A DNA stretch of 63,999 bases, the filler included, from Octopus bimaculoides (Eukaryota): the NCBI RefSeq assembly GCF_001194135.2. It is 10 parts of 9 records of this genome, joined end to end, with 100 filler letters (N's around TTAATTAATTAA, not from the genome) between each part and the next. Parts side by side here need not be neighbours in the genome. Positions count along the whole stretch, not along the records: positions 10,386 to 14,916 come from NW_026368592.1; positions 15,017 to 24,546 come from NC_068982.1; 8 more parts are not named here. One strand, 5' to 3'. The position numbers and the translations under genes were made by a program. Below are positions 13,501 through 24,382 of this stretch, piece after piece. Every line of letters starts with the position of its first letter. The stretch's first letter is position 1. Below the pieces are notes generated by a model. That model saw nothing but the letters and a program-made list of their open reading frames with translations, did no database searches and was not told the DNA's origin.

Positions 13501-14916
13501 CATTTGTTCGTTCTTTCGTTTGTACGTACGTATATACGTTTGTTCCTTAGTTCATTCGTTCGTTCATTCGTTCTTTCTTTCGTTCGTTCGTACTTACGTA
13601 TATACGTACGTTCATTCCTTCGTTTGTTCGTTAATTCTTTCGTTCTTTCGTTCATTCGATCGTACGTACGTATATACGTACGTAAGTTCGTTCGTTTGTA
13701 CGTAAGTTCGTTCGTTCGTACGCACGTTCGTTCTTTCATTCTTACGTCCGTACGTACGTACCTTCGTTGTTTCGATCGTTCGTTTCTTCGTTAGTTCTTT
13801 CGTTCGTTCGTTCGTTCGTACTTGCGTACGTTCCATCGTACGTGCGAAAGAATTGATGAACGAGCGAACGATCGAGGGAACGTACGGAAATTCGTTCGTT
13901 CGTTTGTACGTACTTACGTTTTTCGATAGTTCGTTCCTACTTACGGAGAAATGAACGAATGAACGAACGTACGTATGTAGGTACGACCGAACGATCAAAT
14001 GAACGAACGTACGTAAGTACGTAGGAACGAACGTTCGTTCTTTCGTACTTACATATGTACGTACATAAGTTCGTTCGTTCTTTCTTTCGTTCATTCGTTT
14101 GTTTGTTAGTTAATTCTTTTGTTCGTTCGTTCATTCGATCGTACTTACGTATGTACGTACGTAATTTCGTTCGTTCTTTCGTTCTTACTTACGTTCGTTC
14201 GTCCGTTCGTTCGTACGTACATTCGTTCTTTCGATCGTTCGTTTCTTAGTTCGTTCGTTCGTTCGTGCGTACGTACTTACGTACGTTCCATGGTACGTAC
14301 CTGCGCTCGAAGGAACGAAGTACGTACGTAGGTACGACCGAACGAACGAATGAACGAACGAACAAACGTACGTACGTACGTAGAAACGAACGACGGAAAG
14401 AACTAATGGGCGAGCGAACGAAAGAAAGTACGTACGTACGTACAAACGAAAGTACTAACGAACGAACGAACTAATGAACAAACAAACGAATGAACGAACA
14501 TAGGTACGTACGTACGAAGGGACGAACGAAGGAACGTACGTACGTACGAACGAACGTACTTAAGTATGAACGAACGAACGAAAGAAAGAACGTGCATACC
14601 TAATTACGAACGAACGTATGAAATAACGAACGAACGTACGAAATAACGAACGAGCGTACGTAAGTACGTAGGAACGAACGTTCGTACTTACGTATGTACG
14701 TACGTAAGTTCGTTCGTTCGTACGTACGTTCGTTCGTTCGTAATTATGTATGTACGTACCTTCATTCGTTCGTTCGTTTCTTCGTTAATTCTCTCGTTCG
14801 TTCGTTCGATCGTACTTACGTACGTAGGTACGACCGAACGATGAAACGAACGTACGTACGTATTACGTAGGCACGAAATATCGAACAAACGTACGTAAGA
14901 AGGAACGAACGAACAA
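10530..14916. repeat. CpG-rich complex satellite of CGTA/CGAA/TTCG tetramers with internal strand switches and a recurring 19-bp box
   Basis: About 4.4 kb of (CGTA)n interleaved with (CGAA)n or (TTCG)n; TAGGCACGAAATATCGAAC (or 1-2 nt variant) found 9 times forward and once reversed. Confidence 0.97.
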
Positions 14917-15016
14917 NNNNNNNNNNNNNNNNNNNNNNNNNNNNNNNNNNNNNNNNNNNNTTAATTAATTAANNNNNNNNNNNNNNNNNNNNNNNNNNNN
15001 NNNNNNNNNNNNNNNN

Positions 15017-15167
15017 TCTCTCTCTCTCTCTCTCTCTCTTTTTATCACACACACTTCTCCCTCTCTCTCTCTTTCCGACAACACACACCTCTCTCTCTCT
15101 CAGTCAATCACTCACATACTCACTCAAAACAGATGCGAGAAATAAATTTTTAAAATGTACGCTGTCA

Positions 15168-15214
<47 letters not shown>

Positions 15215-15425
15215 CTTCTCTCTCTCTCGCTCTCTCAAACACACATTTTCTATCTCGCACCTCACCATCAACATATACACACGTCCCTGTCATTTTCCCT
15301 CTCTCTTTCACTTTATGCTGACGTCAAACGAAATGTACGTTTCCACATCAAATAAATTTTTTTTTACGGAATTTAACTTAATAATCCTAACTTAATCCCT
15401 GGCAACTACGGGATAAACTGATAGT
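15017..15425 (+). mobile_element. Putative non-autonomous Helitron 3' end
   Basis: (CT)n/(CA)n body, then hairpin ATCCC-tggcaactac-GGGAT (15395-15414) and AAACTGATAGT (CTAG variant) before (TA)n. Confidence 0.5.
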
Positions 15426-15734
15426 ATATATATATATATGCTTAACAGTTTGGGTGTATGCTTCTTTACAAGATGGAGGTACAGAATGGGGAAGCCGTGT
15501 GTAGTCATTCAAGAATCATGGTAATAACTCTGCGGCTTAACCAGGAGAGACTCACTGATCTATGAGCTACGCACGTTGCTTAAGTATCTCTAGTGATAGC
15601 AAGCAGAAGGCTGGGGGTGAATTAGATGACAGAATTGCCGGTGCTTGCACCGTACTGCTCCAGCTCCAGTATTCGATCTTCAATAGACGAGACGTTGGTT
15701 AAAAAAAAAAAAAGAAAAGAGAAGCTAAACTCGC

Positions 15735-16346
15735 TACCTTAATTCGGTTCCCCTGTCGATCCTCACCCTGTGGTCTTGAATGATGGTCAATAACCCAAGG
15801 ATTACGATTGCGAACACAAGTAGTCGAAATGGAGTTGCTCCGAAAGACCTCTGGAGTAGCATTACTTGACAGGGTACGTAACTGAAAATCAGGGTATCTT
15901 TCCGAGTCGAGCCGCTACTAAGAAAAGGATAGTAAGGTGCCACCTCCTTTCTTCTATCCAGAAGTGATGGGAAGAGACCAGACGGTCTTTGTCCCTGTAT
16001 AAGAAATAGGTGCCTCATCTGGAACGCCAGAGTCTGTGACTTCTTTCCTCCCTCCCACATCTTGGATGCTGCGGTAAATGGGAGGGTCACTGCTTCCGTA
16101 GCCAAACGGAACAAAATCCTTAAGTATCGGGACCTGTTAGAAAACTATTTCTTCCAGCCTGTGGAGTTAGAGACGTTTGGAGGAGCTGGGCCGTTAACGG
16201 CGAAGTTCTTCTCATTGTTGGCAGCTCGCCTTACCGATGTGTCAGGTAATGTCCATGAGGGTGCTTGGTTGTTCCAACGCCTAAGCCTCGCCATCGCCTG
16301 TGGTAATACCGCAAGCGTGTTGGCTTACTTCAGTAGATTCCGTTAA
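15735..16346 (+). mobile_element. CRE-clade non-LTR retrotransposon C-terminal (restriction-like endonuclease) fragment
   Basis: RSDGKRPDGL...CLIWNARVCDFFPPSHILDAAVNG...KILKYRDL...FQPVELETFGGAGP...LFQRLSLAIACGNTASVL matches the DGKRPDG/WD.T/F.P..VET.G/QRLS.A..RGNA signature. Confidence 0.85.
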
Positions 16347-16837
16347 ACCTTATGGTATGCAGCCTTTTCCTTTTTCTTTCTTTTTTTTGTTTTAGTTTTC
16401 TTTTCTTGTTCCTCTTTTTCCATTTTTTCTCCCGGTTTTAGATTTATATTTTCAAAGTTTTGTATTACATATGTATCATATGCATACGTGTTATATTAAA
16501 AAAGAAGACAATAATGATGTATAATAAATTAATATAATATATACTATAAAAATAACATAAATAATGTACTTGAAATAATAAATTTATGTTAAAATACCTT
16601 CAACTAATGATAATTACCTAAATGTCAGGTATTTTTCTAGTATCTCCACTCATCCGTATAGTAAATAGAAGCAGAAAGAAATATATTAGCGAACAGTGGT
16701 AGTATTAATACCGAGAGGCAATATTTATCGCCACTTAAATGTTCTATTAGAACAAACTATACTGCGGTAGTTACCATGAGAAACTCTCATAGTTGTCTTT
16801 TTGGTGCAAAATGCACTCTTGTTGAAATCGCTAGTGG

Positions 16838-17205
16838 TGGAGGCGCAATGGCCCAGTGGTTAGGGCAGCGGACTCGCGGTCGTAGGATCGCGGTTTCGAT
16901 TCCCAGACCGGGCGTTGTAAGTGTTTATTGAGCGAAAACACCTAAAGTTCCACGAGGCTCCGGCATGGTGGCGAACCCTGCTGTACTCTTTCACCACAAC
17001 TTTCTCTCAATCTTTCTTCCTGTTTCAGTTGTACCCGTATTTCAAAGGGCCAACTGTGTCACGCTGAATATCCCCGAGAACTACGTTAAGGGTACACGTG
17101 TCTGTGGAGTGCTCAGCCACTTGCGCGGTAATTTCACGAGCAGGCTGTTCCGTTGATCGGATCAACTGGAACCCTCGACGTCGTAACCGACGGAGTGCCA
17201 ACAAT
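16838..17205 (+). mobile_element. Full-length tRNA-derived SINE (family B) with 13-bp TSD
   Basis: tRNA-like head with A box (TGGCCCAGTGG) and B box (GTTTCGATTCC); AAATCGCTAGTGG at both 16825-16837 and 17206-17218. Confidence 0.93.
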
Positions 17206-17469
17206 AAATCGCTAGTGGAGACATAAATCTCCGCTACCACCAGTCACATGATTTCCACCTTGTTTGGTCTTGTCAATGATGGACACTGAACCACAAGGGG
17301 CAGCAGCAGTTCATCTCGCCGTCAGTGATATATAGATTGATAGAGCCAAAATAGAAACTGGTGTTCCGATTAGCCAGTTAGGTTGTTTAAAAAAATGTAA
17401 TGATTTGAGAGTTGCTTCCCCTTATGAGGTGTTATTACTTCACATAAACGCTGTAAACAGAAACTGTAA

Positions 17470-17604
17470 AAGAGGTTGACTTCCGCTTGCAGCAGCAGCA
17501 GGATTCCACTGACATCTAAAATCGGTGATTGGGAGAGGATTTCGTTGTTAGCGGCGCATGCTTAATATGGCCGCTTACTCATGACATGTGGAGAGAGAGC
17601 ATTT
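17470..17604 (+). promoter_or_regulatory. Putative housekeeping-type promoter and non-coding first exon of the downstream gene
   Basis: ETS ACTTCCG 17479, inverted CCAAT 17527, NRF1-like GCGCATGC 17554, YY1-like AATATGGCCGC 17564, donor GTAAGT at 17605; 1.2 kb upstream of the first coding exon. Confidence 0.55.
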
Positions 17605-18837
17605 GTAAGTTGAACTATTATTTGTTCGACAATAATTGTTATTGACATATAAGCAAATCATCATCATTTTTAAAATATTCACGAAAATAATTATTCTTTA
17701 CTAGATATTCTATAAATATAATCAGTCTGCCGATATTAGTCATTATTATTCGTCTTGATAATATTATTGTTCTCTGTAGAAAGCATGGATATTTCACAAA
17801 CTTCTATAGAATATAAAAATCTGTTGCAGAGTGACTGACTGGGCACGGAATCGTCGTCGTCATCATCATCATTATTAAAAATTCGTGTTATTCACTTGTA
17901 TTTAAATTTCCTAGAATTCATTTATTTGGGAAGACAAAATATATAGATGATGTAGAAGTGGAAATTTTGTATCAAATGTCACTTGTGGAACCAATCGTAA
18001 TTTTCGACATTTTTAAAGATTTTGCTTGTGGCATAAATTTCTTGGTTTTTGTTTAATTTTCTCATTAGCTTTCATTTATACTTTTTTTTTTGTGGGGCGG
18101 GTAGGGCGCTATTTCTACTGATTCCTATAGAAATTTTGAGTTATAAAGCAATATATTTATTGAATAATATGTTTCGATTTATGTTAGTGTCAAATTGAAT
18201 ACATTTCTTTATCTCTATGAAAAGTTTCTCCAATGTCAGAAGGTTTACTGACTTACATAAAGTGTGATATTCATCTGATGAGGATTATGTCTCATGGACA
18301 AATGGATAAAGTTGATTGACTCTACCCTTGCTATATGCTTTTATTAGCCTCGAATATTAAGAAGGCAAAATATATAAAACTGTATTCTTAGAAGTTAATA
18401 TTATAATGTGGTTGTTGTCAGCTGTGATAAAACGGACACGGGATAAAAGGCGTTCTAGCTTTGCCAATCTGTCTTTTTATATATCAGTGACACAACATCG
18501 TACACTGTCTTTTTTTTTTTTTTTTTAATTATTATTACTTATGACTGTAGGATGTGTTGAGGGTGATTTAGCTGCCATTTCTAGCAGTCAAGCTACCGCA
18601 TATGGGCTCGTCATCGTGTCGTTATGTACCCGTAATGTATTGAATCATCAGAAAGTGTGCGTGTAGGAAGAATTATACATATATTTTCTTCATTTTATTT
18701 AAATAAGTCTTTACTAACGCAAGTGCTTACTTCTATAAAACTTTGTGATTTTATGTTTGTTTTATCTGTTATTTTCAAGTCAATATAAACTATAATGAAA
18801 TATTCACATACTGTTTGTAGAATTGGATATTCAAACT

Positions 18838-18959
18838 ATGGCAAAAGATCGAGATAAATTCATTCAAAATGAGTTACAGATTGTTGAAAAGGAATGGTCT
18901 CGTATGGAAGGATTCCAGTTACACACTTGTCTGGAGGCATTGGTTGCGATTACTATAAA
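18838..18959 (+). CDS. Uncharacterised RWD-like protein, first coding exon (MAKDRDKFIQNELQIVEKEWSRMEGFQLHTCLEALVAITIK)
   Basis: Acceptor ctgtttgtAG at 18820, ATG at 18838, donor GTAAGT at 18960; phase 2 joins in frame to the exon at 22505. Confidence 0.8.
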
Positions 18960-19236
18960 GTAAGTGTAATTTTTAAATATTTCTTTCGTGTATAGAAACA
19001 GCTGTATTTTCAGCGTGGCTGAAAAGTCACAATTTGAGCTTTAGGTTCCATAGTTATATTACCACACATCACGAAACACATCATCGTACGTGATAATTGG
19101 TGTGCAACCGTATTTGCTGATGTATATGGCATATTCACGCATAAGACACATCCCTGCTTTAGAAGTATATTTTGGGGAAAAATAAATTCAGCAGGTTTGA
19201 TCGTAGGCCTATTGAAAATATTTCCAAGTGGTTTTC

Positions 19237-19560
19237 ATCATCAACATTTAACATCCGTTTTCCATACTGGCATGGGTTAAACGACTTGACAGTAATTGGC
19301 AAAGCCAGAGGGCACACCATGTTCCATAGTCTGTTTTGACTTGGTTTCTACAGCTGGATGCCCTTCCTAATGCCAACCAATTTACAGTGTGTACTAGGTG
19401 CTGGCGATCTTAAATTACCAGTTCCAAAGCTGTCACTTAAACCACGGCCTATACCGTAAAAGGGTTTTAGGGTTAGGGAATTCCGTCCCTAACCCTAAGT
19501 GACAGCTTTGGAACTGGTAATGTAAGATCGCCCTAGGTGCTTTTTATGTGGCACTTTGGT
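19237..19560 (-). mobile_element. RTE-tail-type repeat (ends in ATG repeats) interrupted by a MITE
   Basis: CATCATCAACATTTAACATCCG...CTACAGCTGGATGCCCTTCCTAATGCCAACC shared with 23700-23885 and 55463-55640. Confidence 0.75.
19403..19532. mobile_element. 130-bp MITE with 36-bp TIRs, 9-bp TSD and internal TTAGGG hairpin
   Basis: TIR GGCGATCTTA(A/C)ATTACCAGTTCCAAAGCTGTCACTT (1 mismatch); TSD CTAGGTGCT at 19394-19402 and 19533-19541. Confidence 0.93.
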
Positions 19561-21599
19561 TTTAGGATCTCAGTTCTATTGTGGTGGGTGGGTCTTCTTT
19601 AGTATAGCAATGCACCACATATCTTTGTCCCCCGTCATCTCTTTCATAAGGTTCAGCATTTTGAGACTGGCCTGATTCTTTGCTCCTTGTCTTCCTGAGA
19701 AGAAAATGCCTAATTCTGTGCTTGTAAGTACATTGAAATAAAATATGAAACCATAAATTTATCATATGTAATTACATTATACAAATATCATATTTCAACT
19801 TTTTTATGTTTTTCCATATCAACTGTGTAGCTGTTTATATTTTGGTCAAGTGAATGGCCTTACACAATAGTAAAACTTGTATATTTGGCTATGATGTCTT
19901 GCATTACTGCATTCAGCCACCAGGGTGGTACACTATTATGATTCTGGTGTCATTCACTCATTGCAAACAGCTGACAGGTGACTGGAAGTTTAACACTCTA
20001 CATCTTTCTAGTAGAATTTTCATTTAGATAATTAAAAGCAAAATGCTTTTTAAAGGTAATGAGGTCATTAAATAAAGTAAGACACATATCAGGTGTGGGT
20101 TGTGTATGCTAGAGAAGGTGGTATGATGAAATAATGTGACCCCCCCTCCACATTACTGATTTACTGTAAGTAACTTTTCATAAGTTTTTGCGAGCAGACT
20201 GATATTTTGGCTTGTTTTCTATACTATTAACAATGATTAATGTGCCTAGTAGATCTTTTGCTCATCCAACTTCCTAGCTTGCAATACTCATTCTTGCATC
20301 CATAATACAACTGCATTGCATGTAGGGCAATATTTCAATACATTTTTTAAAATGCACTCTTTATATGCCAGCAATTATGGTATGTGGTCACTGGACTTGA
20401 TAGAAATAGTAACCAATCTTCTTTAAATTTTAGAGGGTAAGAGAATGTCATCCTTGGTACCTGTGAAAAGATGGCATGATCATGATTGTTATGCCTTTGA
20501 TCATAAGTTTATTTAATCAGAATTGCCCTGAAGCTTAACAACACCTTGCCATCAAATACAAGCTCTGTAGATTGTCAGAAGTAGCATGTTGAATGTCAGC
20601 TTAATGTTAAATTAGTTATCAAAGCCTGAGTTTGTTCATTTTTCTTTGTCTTGCATTGGTTCATGTTCATAACCATTTCAAAGTCTCTTAAGATGAGGTT
20701 ATGAGGAAGAAAAGTCCAAGTGAGATTTTACTACATAGTCCAAGAGCTCAAATCCTGCCACTGCTTACTTAAGTGGTAGATTTAATTGTTGCCCGGTTAA
20801 ACACCACTATATGGCACCTTGGATACCTTCAGCAGAGTCCACTCTGTTGCAAACATTTGAACCAAGTGTCTGGTTTGGATATACCTTCTTTCTTCCTTCC
20901 ACCAGCATTAGATATAGATATTGCTTTCCCTCTTGAATTAAAGATGAAATAATAAAAAAGTGACAAGACAGAATGAGACTTGTAACAAATGTACCAGTGC
21001 AGGGGTTGGGGGGAAGTGGCATTCAATTGATTTAAATAGAATTAGTATCGATAACAAGATAGAGTTTAAACTATTGTAGTAGTAATGAGAGACAGAGACA
21101 GTGAGTAATAGTCAAGTCATTATAATGTGTTGTTGAATGAAAGCTTGTTGAAGTAGAAGTTATTTTTCCTCTATTTTAAAAAAATTCTGGACATTGTCCC
21201 AGAATTTGAATGTATGTTTGAGAGCTGGTGTGAGATTGAAGTTAAAAAGCTTCTCAATTGCATAATTTCAGGTTTGATCTCATTGTGTGGTACTTTTAGC
21301 ATCTGACTTCTACCAAAGATTGGGTTGACCAAATTCCATTCACAAAGCCTTGTGTGTGGAATTAAGAAGTCAGAAACTGTGTGGAAGCCCACATACTGTA
21401 TATATTCTTGTCTGTTAGACCTAATCCATTATCTAGTTTAAATCTATTATATGACTCTTTAATGTTTCTTCTGTTTTTGAGTCAGAGGATAACTTCATAA
21501 TCTTAATCCACTTCTTCTAACTATAATAACTCTCAGTTCAGTGCTTCTTTTAACTTTCTCCAGCAGTCTTGGAAGACCTGTAATAGTTATGAGCACTGC

Positions 21600-22050
21600 T
21601 TTTCCTCTTGTCTAAGCATCTAAAACAATAAGTACAACATCCCAAATGTAAACATTATTGTTTTGTAAGCTATATACATGTTTTCCATATGGCTCTGCGG
21701 TATATATTGATTGTATGAGTGTGATTGACTAATGATTTTGTGAGCCTAGAGGTGAGCAACTTTGCTAGATTCTCAGGTCATAGGTTGTGTATTTTTAGCA
21801 AGTTTACTTCCACACTCTCTAGTTCAATCCTAAGATGCAGTATCTTATGCAAGCAGCTTCTCCCATATCCTTGGCTCTTCCAAAGCCTTATGAGTGAAAT
21901 ATGGAAACTATGGAAGCCTGTCAGATTATTCCTATTCTTGGACAGTGGATGTAACCTGTTACTGAGTCTAACACCACCATATGGCTCTTGGGTGACTTTT
22001 GTAGAGTCTATTGTTTTGAATGTGGTCAGGCCAATCTGAAAGTTTTCCTC
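21600..22050 (-). mobile_element. Highly decayed RTE-like RT remnant
   Basis: Broken minus-strand frames weakly echo RIG.AS..FGRL..RVW; many stops. Confidence 0.25.
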
Positions 22051-22504
22051 CTCCTTTTACTAAGTCATGAAGAAGTAATTTTCCCTCCTTCTTCTTGGTC
22101 TTTTATGAAATTCCTGGGTGCAGCAAAAGCTTTATTCTTTGTAATATTATAATTTGGTTTCTTGCACAGTTATACTAGAATTAACTTGGAAATAATTCTA
22201 TTGTGTATTTTTTTATATATGTTTTTAAAAACAAATTTTGAATTGAAAATAGCGGGCCGGCCTGCCTGCCTGCCTGCCTGCCTTTGTCACAGGTTTTCTT
22301 CTTCAGGCTTAACCTAGATTTAAATAACAACAATCTTTATCTTGAAATATTGGCTCTGTTCACATTAAATTAAACAATATCATTTGAATATTTGTAAATT
22401 ACAGCTTGTAAATTCTCTTGAAATGTCTGAATTTATTGTCCTATAAACGTAATTACATATTGGTAACTATGAAACTTTACTATGATTTACCTCTAATTTT
22501 GAAG

Positions 22505-22670
22505 GAAAACTTCATTCAAGTGTTTGTTAATGCGTATGCAATTTCCTGTCAACTATCCTCAAGAGGCAGTTATTATTGAACTGAGCAGCAAAACTTTGTC
22601 AGATAAACTACTTGATGGCCTCCAGAAAGTATGTGATGAAGAAAGTAAAAAATATTTAAATCAACCCCAG
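22505..22670 (+). CDS. Uncharacterised RWD-like protein, second coding exon (KTSFKCLLMRMQFPVNYPQEAVIIELSSKTLSDKLLDGLQKVCDEESKKYLNQPQ)
   Basis: Acceptor ttttgaAG at 22504, donor GTAAGT at 22671, open frame, F-P-x-x-Y-P RWD/UBC-like motif. Confidence 0.9.
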
Positions 22671-22858
22671 GTAAGTCTGTATCATTTTACAAAATTTCAT
22701 GATCTTTAATTCATTTCTTTTGAATAGCATGGAAAATTCTATTACATATTTATAGCTTACAAATATTTAGAAGTAAAATACAGTCTTTATTTAAGTTTTT
22801 TTTTTTTATTCTTTTGGATTTAAAAATCTGATATATTTTATCATTTTATTTCCCTTAG

Positions 22859-23079
22859 GTGGGGAATATGATAAACTTTGTAAGTCGCTTCCTGGATGAG
22901 AACAACTTATGCGTGTGCAGTAATGAAATATCAGAAATCAAACGCAACATGCTTGAGGAATGTGATGAAATTAAACTTCGGCAGAAAGCTTCTCAAATTA
23001 TCATTAAAGCTCAGCAAGAGAATTACTTTCTTCATTTCAAAGTTTCTGTCCCAATAGACTATCCTAAAACTCAGGTTGG
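22859..23079 (+). CDS. Uncharacterised RWD-like protein, third coding exon (VGNMINFVSRFLDENNLCVCSNEISEIKRNMLEECDEIKLRQKASQIIIKAQQENYFLHFKVSVPIDYPKTQV)
   Basis: Acceptor tttcccttAG at 22858 (phase 0, matches previous exon), donor GTAAGA at 23080; second V-P-x-D-Y-P motif. Confidence 0.9.
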
Positions 23080-23699
23080 GTAAGAAACATTTAAAAATTT
23101 CTTTACCTAATGGAGGTAATCCATTTGTACTATTGCACTACATTTTATATGTAATATTAGAAATACTCCTGAATATATTAGTTTTCTAATCATAACAATC
23201 ATTATGGCTTGGAATTTTGGGGAGAAAATTCTTCCACATAAAACTTTTTCATTTTGAGATTTAAAGTTTTGGAAAGAGTGATTTTATAATTGTTACAAAT
23301 GAAGTCAGTATAGCATCTGCTTTCAGACTGGCAAACTGTTGCTAAAAGTAAAATTTGTACAGTAAAACATCTCAAAATCTGTAGCAAAGGTACTGACATG
23401 ACATTGTGCATAGTTATTTGTTATTAAACTTGATTTCTATATCAGAAGTTTGTGGAATCCATTAATAAAACTATAAAAGTTGAGATTGAACTGATCATGG
23501 TCAAACAACTTTTAGTTTTGGTATTTGGATAAAAAAAAGTATGTAAGTGCCTTAAACAAGTGTGCATAATTTCTGAATAAGATCTTTGTGAGATAGAATA
23601 TATATAAGAATTTAATGAAGGTGGCTCTTCAATCTAAATTGTTGGATTTTACTGAATGTTATTTTTTTTTATTGCATTTGTTTTTCTAATATAAATGGC

Positions 23700-23885
23700 A
23701 TGGTTATGCCAAATTCTCTGTTTACATACCATTGGCATTAAGAAGGGCATCCAGCCTTAGAGCCCTTCCAAAGCTGACACTGTAACTCAGCACAAGCCTG
23801 CAGCTTGCTGGATCCTCTCAAACCATCCAATCCATTCCAGCATGAGAAATGGACATTAAATGATGACAATGATGATGATGATGAT
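23700..23885 (+). mobile_element. SINE/RTE-type 3' tail ending in (ATG)n
   Basis: TTGGCATTAAGAAGGGCATCCAGC...CCAGCATGAGAAATGGACATTAAATGATGA(C)AATGATG. Confidence 0.7.
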
Positions 23886-24346
23886 CACTTAATTTTTTTT
23901 ATTGCTAGTTGCTTTTTCTACTGTTAACTATTCAGCTGTGAATGAAATATAGAATCTTATTTGTCAGTTAGGAAAATTGAATGCAGAAATTATATCCTTT
24001 GCTAATGGATAAACCAAAGTGGCTATTGTAATAAAGTTTGAATTTCTTGACCACAAGTCATTGTTATGACCGATGACAGTGCCACCTGTAACTAATGTTA
24101 CTCTATGTTGTATAAGGTGATGGACAGCATAATCTTAGAAAATACTTTGCTGTCGTTAGTTATTTCCCTTTACCTTTTATCCTCTCGAAATCATTGTTTA
24201 TCGAGCATGGTTGTGTGGCTAAGAGTTTACCTCCCAACCACATGGCTCCAGGTTTGGCCGCACTTTGTAGCACCTTGAGCTAGTATTATTCCACCATGTA
24301 GGTTGAGCAATAGTTTGTGAGTGGTATTTGGGTGACAGAAACTGTG

Positions 24347-24382
<36 letters not shown>

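Noticed and set aside
10416-14888. Dozens of ORFs rich in YVRT/NERT/FVRS
   Set aside because: Translation of tetramer repeats, which lack stops in several frames; no evidence of coding
10530-14916. CRISPR-like array (recurrent 19-bp box with variable spacing)
   Set aside because: Intervening sequence is the same low-complexity satellite rather than unique spacers; eukaryotic context and no cas genes
16838-16915. tRNA gene (also 43377)
   Set aside because: tRNA-like head of a multi-copy SINE with a body, tail and TSD
18275-18300. CTGATGA words (also ~53320, 53710, 60520)
   Set aside because: No downstream stem II plus GAAA, so not hammerheads
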